Positions 6,710 through 15,792 of a stretch of DNA of 44,028 nt are shown here, piece by piece. The position numbers and the translations under genes were made by a program. The notes beneath the pieces are model-generated. The model did no database searches and was not told where the DNA came from. It was given only the letters and a program-made list of their open reading frames with translations. How positions within the stretch are numbered: position 1 is the stretch's first letter; the number at the start of each line of letters is the position of its first letter. The DNA comes from a virus. Its lineage: Duplodnaviria; Caudoviricetes. Location: positions 1 through 44,028 of the IMG/VR virus record IMGVR_UViG_3300035190_000600. The stretch is one strand, 5' to 3'.

Positions 6710-9700
6710 TTAGAAGTTGCGGAGCATGATCACTTCATCAACTGCTGCTTTTCTTGCCTTCTTCAACGCATCCTCAATAATCTTTCGATCTGCTTGAGTC
6801 GGGTTGTCGTAGTTAAGATTAGCGTACAGCAGATTGTCAGCAGCCATCGCGCCAGCATTTCGCGAAGCGGTGGCGTACTCTTCAGGTGTAAGAGTATAGC
6901 TTACGCCATCGCGTTCAGCCTTGCGAGGCAACGGGCGTGGACTAAGCTTGGTTTCTTGATCGCCAAAATCGCCGTTATCGCGCCGTTGATTAAAGCGCAT
7001 AATCAGCAAATCTAAGCGGTTAATGTCCGTGACTTCCTGACTAGTCGGGAAGAATCGCGTCAAACGGGCGGTGTAACTGCGTCCCATCTTTTCGATTGGC
7101 CTGCCCCACAAGTCGTATTTGATCGGCGGGTAGTTGTCTTTAGTCGGGAAAGCAACATACTCCATCGACTCTACCGCCGCCGTCCACGCAGATTTGCCCT
7201 CTTGCTCGTAAACGGTGTTCATGCGCTCATAGGGGTCGGCTGCTGACATCGTTCCTCGGACAAGCGCAGGTGTCATTGGTGTCAAGAAGAAGTTACGCGC
7301 CCACAGAGCAACATTGAGGCGATCCTTATCCTCTAGCATCTTCATTAGATCGCCAAAGGTCTGCAAGAAGGTCTTGTCCTGCAACTGCGCAGTAAAGCTA
7401 TCCCACAGCGTTTGCATGGCTTGCGTACCGCCGTCCGGCGCATTACCAACAGCCTTTTGGAAGGCGCGATATGCGTCTACAATGGTTGCAAGCGAAATTG
7501 CAAACGGCTCAACTCGAGAATAGCTGTAGTACGAGTCGCCAATACGCACCGAGTAAGGCGGCGCAACAGCTTTTTGCCGCAAGTAGTCAAGGTAGTCAAC
7601 TTCGCTGCTGCCGGTGATGACGGGGATATCGTCGTCATCGTCCATGTAGGAAATGACACCCATGATCAAAGACATCGCAACAACTGCGTTTGCGGAGTCT
7701 GTAATCATCTCGCCGCTTTTCACATAATTTTCTTTGATGCGTGAAGGCGCAAGCAAGCGGTACACCAGAACCAATGGGTGCGCAGGTGTTTCTAGACCAG
7801 CTTTAAAGATACCGCCCGGAGTTTTGATGTACGGCAGCAACATACTGCCCAATGGCAAAACGGGGAACAGGTCGTCTGTAAACTGACGCAGGTTCATTAA
7901 GGCGCGCACAATTGCACCTGGCGGCCCTTGGAAAACACCTAGCTTGGCGTTGTCGAGTGCCTCACTCCATACTGGGTTGCTGTAATCAATCAACCCGGCT
8001 TCAATGTGCGCCTCCAACGCTTCGCCGGTCAAACCATCATTGCGGCCTTCGCGATGCAAGATCGCAGAAGCTTCGCCGTGCGCCGCCATCGTTTTAAACA
8101 ACTCGTCAAAGGCAAGTAGTGTATTGAGCGAGGGGAAGCGCAGGATGCGACCAATCAAACCCGGCATTAGCAAGGTATGCTGCTGAATTTCTGCATCCGT
8201 TGAAGCATTTAAATCTGCTTCAAGAATCGGCATCTCCGTTGCGTAGGCCATCATAAAGTTGCGGCCCGCTCGGCCCATCGCCTTGAAATAGGCGGTCATG
8301 TAGGCTTTGAACTCGCCCATCGTTGCCGCATCAGGGTTTTTGGCAACGGTGTTAATTGATGCTTCGGCAAACAACCGCGACACACGCAAGAATTGGTTGG
8401 CTGTGTTGCCAGTCACGTTGGCGATGTGGGTTCCTAAACCCGACAACATCATCGCCATGCGGAACTCAATAAACAGTCGGCCAAACAAAGCCCCTGCGCT
8501 GCGGTCGGTCGGGTCAACTGACGCAAATTCCTTCGCCTCAATAACCTTGCGCGACATTCGATAGAAGTTGACCCATTCCTTGTTTTCAAGGTACGAGTAC
8601 ATCTGCTCCAAAGAGCCACCTGCCCGCTCTAGCCGTTCAATAGCGCGAGTGACAGCACGGGCTTGACGCAACTCAAGTTTTTGAATATCTGCTTTGAGGG
8701 CAGCAACCTTCTGGGGATTTAGGTTTTCTTTGCCTAGTTGTTTTTGCAGCTTGCGTAGCTTGCGGGCAACATCACGCGACGGGCCAAACACATGGGCTTG
8801 GAAGCGTTTGCGTGCAGACACAACATCGTCTTTAACGATGCGCAAGTTTGCTGACGCTAGTTTTCGCGCCTGCAAGTACTCGCGTTGAGCTTGAGTTGCC
8901 TCAACAAACTTTGCTTGCGTGTAGTTGTTAATAACTTTGTCAGCCAAGTCAGCGGCGATGCGGCCATAAGCAATGTGCTTCCAAGGCTCGTTTAGACCGC
9001 CAGTTTCCTGAATCTCTTTTTGCAGGTTGCGATATGTGCCTTCGTAATCAAGCTCTAACTGTTCGTTTGCGACAACGCGGGCTTGGCGGTCAAGCGCAAT
9101 GTCTTCAAACATTGCATCTGGATTTTCGCGCTGATACTCGCGCACAGCACGCAGGTAGGCTCGAGTACCAGGCTCCGCTGTCGGCATGGCAATGCCAATC
9201 GGAGTCTCACCGACCTTCGTACCTTCACCTTCAAGCTCGGCCTTTTTAGCTAAAGCTCTAATTTCTTTGTTTTCGTCTTTGCCAATTTCAGCAAGACGAA
9301 TCTTGTTGCGGCGAGCGCGTTCACGCAGCAACTGCATAGCTGCGCTTTCGACCTTTTGTTTAGAAGTTCTCGACTTAAAGCGTCCGAACACATCTCGAGG
9401 GGCTTCGCCCTCCGTGTAGCTCATCCGCAAGTCATCAGGCACTTCGTTGTATTCGGCTTCGTATGCGCCGTCAGCGTCGATTGCAGCCTCAGGCAACAAG
9501 GGCTTGATAAACGCTTCCGTAATCGTGCCGTCGATGCCATTGCCTAGTACCTCTTTAGCCAAGGTGTACTGGCTCGGAACCTTGTAGGTGTCAGGCAAGC
9601 TCATTAGACGCGCTAGGACGCGAGGCGATGCCTTCAGCACCGTCCCGTCCGGGATAATGATCCGAACGCGACCCTTGTTCGCGGTAAGCGTCGGAGCAAG

Positions 9701-12700
9701 CCCACCTGAGTTGGCGGCAGCAGGAGCGCCTGCGAAGGCACTACCGCCCATAGTGATAATCGGCTTATTAGGGTCAAGTCGGCCAGACGCAATCCATTTG
9801 TCGATGCGCATCTGCTCGTCAGGCCCAACGCCTTCCTTGTCAACCTCCAAGGTCGGCAGCAAATCTTGGATTGCCTCATACCAGTCACGAGGGCTTTTCT
9901 TCGGCGGCAACGGGGGCAACTCGCCTTCGCGCACGGCCTGCAAGATCATTCGCTTGCGGCTTTGCACCGCGCCGTAATCAGCGGCATCAACAACCAACAC
10001 GCGATGCTTGTAGCCGTTTTCTTTCAATGCCGTAAGGATCTTTTGGAACGGCGGGAAATCTACATAGGCAGGCACATTCTCAACCGATACCGCAGGCGGC
10101 AATGCACCAGCAATCAGCTCTGCGACCTTTTCTGCGCTTCGTACTTCTAGTTCCGTTGGCGCACGGTCGGCCTTAGCCGTCGAGAATTCTTTGCAAGACG
10201 GCGATGCATGGAACAAGTCGCAGTCAGCCTGCTTAAGCTCGTCTACGGTCAGTTCTTTAACTTCGCGAGCCTTGTATGAAGTGCCAAAGGCATTGTTGTA
10301 TGCCTCTACTTTGCGTGCATCGTTTTCTGCCGTCAGCGCACTTGTGATCGGCCCAAGTGCTGCCTCAACAGTACCCATGCCGCTAAACGCCGTTGCTACA
10401 CGAGGATCGTTGTAGCTAAACCGAACATCATTAGTTGTGTCTTGGAAACGCTGCGATAAAGGAATCAATTTCCCGTTGTCGTCGTAGGTGACAGGATCGG
10501 CTGATTTGATTTGAGACGAATCAAACGCAACTTGCTCGCCAGGTGCCGAAACTCCGTCATATCCATTTTCTTTTAAAATGCGCGTGATTGTTGACGCTTC
10601 TTTTTCCGTAGTAAAAAACGCATTTAAAAGCATTTGCCGATCTTCATTGTTGCTAGCTAGCATTGCAACTTCATCTCTAAATGCGTCTTGACTAAGCATT
10701 TTAGAGATCGGCACATACGGATTGTTTAACTTTAGATACACGCGCACAATGCGCGGTTTAGCTTCTTCTTTTGTAACAGGATTGATCCCGCCAAATTTGT
10801 TGTATCTAGCAGCCGAGCTTTGAGAATAAATCTTGGCTAGTTTTTCAGACCCAAAATAAAACCCTTTGCCGTATGCACCGGCATCAGTTTTTTCTCCAGC
10901 GTCTGCTTTAAACTCATTAAATTTAAAAGCAGTTCCATGACTTGTTTCAATTGTATAGCCGTTTGCCTGCGCTTCTTTGCGCACCATGCGTTGAGCCGTG
11001 TCCATGTCGCCGCTTTCCACAGCGGCAAGGTACGCAGCGTCAATTTCAGGCGTAGTTTGGTTGTAGCTGAACCGAATGTCGTCAGTTGCTTCGTTAAAAC
11101 GCTCAGACAGCGGGATAACGCGATTTTTTTGGCGAATAATTGCGTCAGCAGATTTAATCTGGGTAGGGTTAAAAACGACTTTTACATCATCTAATGGCCC
11201 ACCATCATATGTATTTTTAATAATTACGCTGTCGTAACCCTGCTCTTTTGCCTTTGCAATAATTTCGTAAAAGGTTTTTTCTCTGTATTTTTGACCTTGC
11301 TGATCGTGGATATACGGGTTTTGCATTTTTAGCAAAACATCGACAACTGCGCTGTCTACAACGCTTTCGTAGGTAATTTGCCCTAAAGTTTCATTAACAA
11401 TAGAACGCGCTTGCTCAACTGCATCTACAATTTCGGTTTCATTAACGAAGTCATCAGCTCTGAACTCTGCGTCATCTAATAATCGTTCGACATATTTAAT
11501 TGTCGAATCCAAATAATCTTCAGGATTAGATTCATCCCATGATTGTGGAGCGAATGCGCTGTTGCCTAATTCTCTAACAAAATCTAACTCTCTTGACGCT
11601 CCTTTTGGAATTAACTTTAAAAGTGGCTGAACAATAGCTTCAGCCGTTTCAGCAATACCAGATGCGTTATCAGCATTAAGTGTTTTTAATCCATAGTTTT
11701 TAGCTGTTTTTTTTGATGCAAAAAAGAACCCAAGTTTTGCGCTAGCAGCTTTTGTGTTTTGCCCCAACAAATTAGGGTCAAATGAATAATTAACAAGTTC
11801 GCCTAAGGCCAACCCATGACTGCCTTTTTCTGTATAACCACTTGCCTTTGCCGCTTCATCTACCATCCGCTGCGCAGTATCTAGGTCACCGCGCTCAACA
11901 GCATCTAGGTACGCAGCGTCAATCTCAGGCGTAATTTTGTTGTTGTAGCTAAACCTCGGCAAGTCGCCTTCTTCGCGTTCAGCCTGCGCCTTGATGCGTT
12001 CCTTCATCAGTCGCTTGGTTTCATCTCGGCGCATTTCCTCCGCAGACCGACGACGAACCAGCGCCTTAAAGCGCGGGTCGGTCATATCGACCGTAATAGG
12101 CTCTCCGGCCCACTTGATGCGCGTCCACCAATTGCGAACGCCTTGACGCTCTAGAATGGCAACGCGAGCAGCCTCCGACCGCGTAATCGGAATAATCATC
12201 ACGCGCTGTTCTGTACCTGAGCCAGTAGCTGCGACAACCTTTGACACACCCTTTTCGCCAAAGATTACGAGGTCACCTACCTCTAGCTGCCCAGGCACCG
12301 TGCGGCCCCGGCTCACCGTGGGCAACTCTGTTTCCCTCCGAGCTTGCCGTTCTGCGGCCTCTTGCTGCTCCTCTTCGGCTTTGCGGTCAGCAGCGGCTTT
12401 TGCGGCAGCGGCTTCTTGCTGCTGCGCAGCTAGCCTGCCTGCGGCGGCTTTGGCAGCAGCCTCCTTGGCCTCAGCTTCTTGCCGTTGCTTTTGAGCAAGC
12501 ACTTCAGCGGCCTTCTTTTGTGCCTCTTGTGCAGCACGCTCGCGTTCAGCAGCAGCAGCTCGCTCACGGCCAAGTCGATCTTGCGTAATACGAATGGCTT
12601 CAAGAGCGGTCTCTAGCACCTGAGCATCCGTAGCCTCATTGCCTAAAAACTCTCGCGCTGCTTCCAACGCTGCATCTTCGTTGGCTCCAGCCTTGTACAC

Positions 12701-15700
12701 GGCGTTTAGCAACGCCTTAGCTTGCCCAGTCGGGTTGTCGCTCTTAACTTGCTTAAAGCGGCGTTGGTATTGTTCCTCTTGAGCCTTGCGCTTTGCTTCT
12801 GCTTTCTCCGCTTCTTTAGCTGCTTTTGTTTTGGCAGCTTCCTGTCTAGCCTTTAGCGCATCTGCGGCTCTTTGCTTTTCTTTGGTGGCAACATCTGCCT
12901 TCTTTTGCGCTTCTTCTTCCTTGCGCTTTTTGTCTGCTGTTTCCTTCGCAACTTCTTTTTCAAGTTGCTTGTACGCAACCGCCCAAATTGCGTCAGTTAA
13001 CTCTTTACGCTCGACTTCCGTAGCTTCAGCAGGCACAAGCGGTGCAATTGCGGCATCAAGCTCAATTGCAGACTTTGCGTTAGCAACCGCTTCAACTAGC
13101 GGCCAGTCTGCGCTGTCTTTTTTAATACGAGCAATGCGGGTGCGAGCGGTATCGACAACTTTGACACGGGCTTTTTCTTTTTGCGCAGCTTCTTTCTCAG
13201 CGCGAGATTTTTGATCCGTTTCTAGTTTAACTCGAGCAGCTTCAGCAGCAGCAGCGCGTTGAGCCTCCGCTTCCTTGCGTGTTTTAATTTCACCTAAAGT
13301 GCGACCTAGGAAGGCTTGTGCTTGCCGTTCCTGCCCAGACATCTGCATCTTAGCCGCAGATTCAATTGCAGTCAGGCCGCGCATAAGGGTCTGCGCAATG
13401 AACAGTCGCTCATTAACGCTTAGGCTTTCCTGCATAGCTTTGTCAGCTAAGGCAGGCAAGCGAGCTAGGGCTGCGCGTTCTTTGTCGCTAATCGATGTGT
13501 AGTCAAAGCCAACGCGGCGCAGTTGTACGCGCACCCAATCAACTAGTCGCTTTAAAAAACCTGCGTCGGCTTGAGCCAACTCGCTAACCAACTTTGGATC
13601 GGCTTCAAGCGCATCCATAGTCGCGCTAAACCAATCAGAAATTAGACTACCAGTTTCATCTGTAATTGCGTTTGCGTTGTTTTTAATCCATTTAGCCAAT
13701 GCCGCAGGATCGTCTTTAATTGCAGCCGTGCGGCTTGCAATAAAACGGCGGCGTGCAGCATTCCACAATTCGCCTTTTGCGGCTTTAATTGTAGCCATAA
13801 TGCTTTCCCATTCGGCTTTGTTGTTTTTAAACAAGCCGTGGAAGGTTTCATGCCGAGCAACGCGCTTAAGAATTGCTTCGTTGCTTAGTCGAGCGTTAAG
13901 ATAAATGCGGTTTGTTGTGCCATCGTATGCTCCTTCAAGGTTGACATCTTTGCCGTAGTCAACAAATGTGACCTCATAGCCAAGGTCGTTGAGTCGTCGT
14001 TCGGCGTTTTGCTGTTCAACGTTACGCGGCAAGACGGCGCGAACATCCTTAGGATTGATGGTCGCCAAGTCATCCATGTTCTTAGCTTTTGTCAGCTTGC
14101 GAACATGGTCATCCAAATCTCGCTGCGCCGTTGCATCTAGCACTCGCGTTTGCCCAGCAGCAACCGCTGCATCAAACGCTTCTAACTCGCCTGCTAGCGT
14201 CGCTGCGGCACGAGCCTCGCCATACGGGCCAGCCATGCGCTCTTTCTCGCGCACACCTTCTGTGGCTTCAATAGACTTTGCCTGCTCTAACAACAGTTCC
14301 TGCTGCTTGCGCAAACGCTCGACTTCGGCGCGTTTTGCAACAATTTCAGGCGTTGCAACTACAGGCACAGTAGTTGTCGTAGGTTCTGTCGCAGTTGACT
14401 CTACCGGCGCAGCCTCTGCTTCCGGTGCTGCTGTTTCTGTAGTTGGTACAACGGCTTCAGCCGATGCTGTTTCGCCTGCAATCTCTTCCAAGACAGGCGG
14501 CTTTGCATCGGCAGGCAGTTCTACTTCGCCTGGAATTGCAGGTTTAGCAGTATCGACCGTCTCAGTCGCTGTTGTCTCTGCGGCAGCAGCGGCTTCCAAG
14601 CTTTGTAGCTCTGCCTCGTTTTGCGCCAAAAGCTCTGCAACGCCTTTGACCTTTTCGTCAAACGCACGAACTCGCGCACCGGCTTCAGCATCACGAGCAG
14701 CGGCAAGTGCGGCAGCCTCAGCTTCCTCTTCGGCCTTAAGGCGACGGTCGCCTAGTTCAGCGTCAATCTGCTGGTTTTCTTTGTTAGACGCATAAGCAGA
14801 GATTGTCGCACCCGGCCCAGCACCAAGCGCACCTTGGTACAGCACTTCGCCAAAATCATATTCCTTGCGGTAGCCAATGGTCTTTTCCGCAACCTGTTGC
14901 AACTGAGCCGAGCCACCTTCTTGGATTGCTTCCTCAAAGCCTTCCCACGCAGCTAGCTCTGCAATCTCACGAGCCGTCATGCGACGCAAGGCTTCGCCGC
15001 CCATCTTCATAGAAGCTGTAGCAAGACGCTTGGCCGCAGAACCGATACCCATCGGAATACCTTCAAGGCTTCCAATAAATAGACCGGCCTTGTACGCATC
15101 TTCGGCTTGCTCTGGGGTTGCGCCCATAGCCAACGCCTCGTCGTACATCTGCGCACCCATGCTGAAAGAACCAACAACAGCGGTAGTGCCAACGCTACCA
15201 GCCAAACCGCCTGCAATCACTCCAGCAGGGCCAGCCGTTGCCCCGCCAACTGCCGCACCTGCTGTCATGCCGAGTTGGCCCAAACCAAAGAAAGCACCAG
15301 CAGAGCCAAACGCGCCAGAGACATCGCCTGAAATTGAGTTAGCTAGGCCAGGTTCGCCTGGCAACGTTTCACGCACCCATTCTTTGGCGGCTCGCATCAC
15401 GTCATCGACTTGCGAGTCTTTGCCGTAGTCGTCAGCCATTGCCATGCCTTGAATGGCACTTAACGGCACATCTGCAGCACTACGAAGAAAGCTCTGTCCC
15501 ATGTTGGACAGATAATCCATCGTGCTAAACTCAATCTCGCCGCCAGTTTGCAGGAAATCAAAGTTCGGCAAGTATACGGGAGTGCCGGGTGTTTCTGGCT
15601 CCTGTGTTGGCGCAGCAACAGCAGCTTGGGCTGAAGATGCGCCCGATTTAATTACTAAGTTTCCAGCAGCAAGATCGTCAAACAAGCTTTGATACTCGCC

Positions 15701-15787
15701 AAGAATTGGCTGAGTGCCTGTTAAATCTGACGGCAACACGCCTTGACGACGCAGTTCTTCCTCTTCGGTCTCGCTGTAGTAAACCAT
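6710..15787 (-). CDS. Giant ejection/polyvalent protein (3025 aa): Gly/Ala membrane region, HExxH peptidase, coiled coil, two ART-like domains, C5 methyltransferase, helical C-terminal region
   Basis: Third ejection-gene position; HETFH (13838-13852); two HG..GF[FY]F..NPY..GYD..QIKSAD domains; FSGMG, ASPSC, VENV, QSRKR and GNGI methyltransferase motifs. Confidence 0.9.
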   Translation of the reverse strand: MVYYSETEEEELRRQGVLPSDLTGTQPILGEYQSLFDDLAAGNLVIKSGASSAQAAVAAPTQEPETPGTPVYLPNFDFLQTGGEIEFSTMDYLSNMGQSFLRSAADVPLSAIQGMAMADDYGKDSQVDDVMRAAKEWVRETLPGEPGLANSISGDVSGAFGSAGAFFGLGQLGMTAGAAVGGATAGPAGVIAGGLAGSVGTTAVVGSFSMGAQMYDEALAMGATPEQAEDAYKAGLFIGSLEGIPMGIGSAAKRLATASMKMGGEALRRMTAREIAELAAWEGFEEAIQEGGSAQLQQVAEKTIGYRKEYDFGEVLYQGALGAGPGATISAYASNKENQQIDAELGDRRLKAEEEAEAAALAAARDAEAGARVRAFDEKVKGVAELLAQNEAELQSLEAAAAAETTATETVDTAKPAIPGEVELPADAKPPVLEEIAGETASAEAVVPTTETAAPEAEAAPVESTATEPTTTTVPVVATPEIVAKRAEVERLRKQQELLLEQAKSIEATEGVREKERMAGPYGEARAAATLAGELEAFDAAVAAGQTRVLDATAQRDLDDHVRKLTKAKNMDDLATINPKDVRAVLPRNVEQQNAERRLNDLGYEVTFVDYGKDVNLEGAYDGTTNRIYLNARLSNEAILKRVARHETFHGLFKNNKAEWESIMATIKAAKGELWNAARRRFIASRTAAIKDDPAALAKWIKNNANAITDETGSLISDWFSATMDALEADPKLVSELAQADAGFLKRLVDWVRVQLRRVGFDYTSISDKERAALARLPALADKAMQESLSVNERLFIAQTLMRGLTAIESAAKMQMSGQERQAQAFLGRTLGEIKTRKEAEAQRAAAAEAARVKLETDQKSRAEKEAAQKEKARVKVVDTARTRIARIKKDSADWPLVEAVANAKSAIELDAAIAPLVPAEATEVERKELTDAIWAVAYKQLEKEVAKETADKKRKEEEAQKKADVATKEKQRAADALKARQEAAKTKAAKEAEKAEAKRKAQEEQYQRRFKQVKSDNPTGQAKALLNAVYKAGANEDAALEAAREFLGNEATDAQVLETALEAIRITQDRLGRERAAAAERERAAQEAQKKAAEVLAQKQRQEAEAKEAAAKAAAGRLAAQQQEAAAAKAAADRKAEEEQQEAAERQARRETELPTVSRGRTVPGQLEVGDLVIFGEKGVSKVVAATGSGTEQRVMIIPITRSEAARVAILERQGVRNWWTRIKWAGEPITVDMTDPRFKALVRRRSAEEMRRDETKRLMKERIKAQAEREEGDLPRFSYNNKITPEIDAAYLDAVERGDLDTAQRMVDEAAKASGYTEKGSHGLALGELVNYSFDPNLLGQNTKAASAKLGFFFASKKTAKNYGLKTLNADNASGIAETAEAIVQPLLKLIPKGASRELDFVRELGNSAFAPQSWDESNPEDYLDSTIKYVERLLDDAEFRADDFVNETEIVDAVEQARSIVNETLGQITYESVVDSAVVDVLLKMQNPYIHDQQGQKYREKTFYEIIAKAKEQGYDSVIIKNTYDGGPLDDVKVVFNPTQIKSADAIIRQKNRVIPLSERFNEATDDIRFSYNQTTPEIDAAYLAAVESGDMDTAQRMVRKEAQANGYTIETSHGTAFKFNEFKADAGEKTDAGAYGKGFYFGSEKLAKIYSQSSAARYNKFGGINPVTKEEAKPRIVRVYLKLNNPYVPISKMLSQDAFRDEVAMLASNNEDRQMLLNAFFTTEKEASTITRILKENGYDGVSAPGEQVAFDSSQIKSADPVTYDDNGKLIPLSQRFQDTTNDVRFSYNDPRVATAFSGMGTVEAALGPITSALTAENDARKVEAYNNAFGTSYKAREVKELTVDELKQADCDLFHASPSCKEFSTAKADRAPTELEVRSAEKVAELIAGALPPAVSVENVPAYVDFPPFQKILTALKENGYKHRVLVVDAADYGAVQSRKRMILQAVREGELPPLPPKKSPRDWYEAIQDLLPTLEVDKEGVGPDEQMRIDKWIASGRLDPNKPIITMGGSAFAGAPAAANSGGLAPTLTANKGRVRIIIPDGTVLKASPRVLARLMSLPDTYKVPSQYTLAKEVLGNGIDGTITEAFIKPLLPEAAIDADGAYEAEYNEVPDDLRMSYTEGEAPRDVFGRFKSRTSKQKVESAAMQLLRERARRNKIRLAEIGKDENKEIRALAKKAELEGEGTKVGETPIGIAMPTAEPGTRAYLRAVREYQRENPDAMFEDIALDRQARVVANEQLELDYEGTYRNLQKEIQETGGLNEPWKHIAYGRIAADLADKVINNYTQAKFVEATQAQREYLQARKLASANLRIVKDDVVSARKRFQAHVFGPSRDVARKLRKLQKQLGKENLNPQKVAALKADIQKLELRQARAVTRAIERLERAGGSLEQMYSYLENKEWVNFYRMSRKVIEAKEFASVDPTDRSAGALFGRLFIEFRMAMMLSGLGTHIANVTGNTANQFLRVSRLFAEASINTVAKNPDAATMGEFKAYMTAYFKAMGRAGRNFMMAYATEMPILEADLNASTDAEIQQHTLLMPGLIGRILRFPSLNTLLAFDELFKTMAAHGEASAILHREGRNDGLTGEALEAHIEAGLIDYSNPVWSEALDNAKLGVFQGPPGAIVRALMNLRQFTDDLFPVLPLGSMLLPYIKTPGGIFKAGLETPAHPLVLVYRLLAPSRIKENYVKSGEMITDSANAVVAMSLIMGVISYMDDDDDIPVITGSSEVDYLDYLRQKAVAPPYSVRIGDSYYSYSRVEPFAISLATIVDAYRAFQKAVGNAPDGGTQAMQTLWDSFTAQLQDKTFLQTFGDLMKMLEDKDRLNVALWARNFFLTPMTPALVRGTMSAADPYERMNTVYEQEGKSAWTAAVESMEYVAFPTKDNYPPIKYDLWGRPIEKMGRSYTARLTRFFPTSQEVTDINRLDLLIMRFNQRRDNGDFGDQETKLSPRPLPRKAERDGVSYTLTPEEYATASRNAGAMAADNLLYANLNYDNPTQADRKIIEDALKKARKAAVDEVIMLRNF

Positions 15788-15792
15788 GTGCG

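Noticed and set aside
6190-6729. 179-aa + strand ORF
   Set aside because: Antisense shadow of two better-supported membrane protein genes
12156-15428. Several Ala/Ser-rich + strand ORFs
   Set aside because: Antisense shadows of the Ala/Glu-rich giant protein
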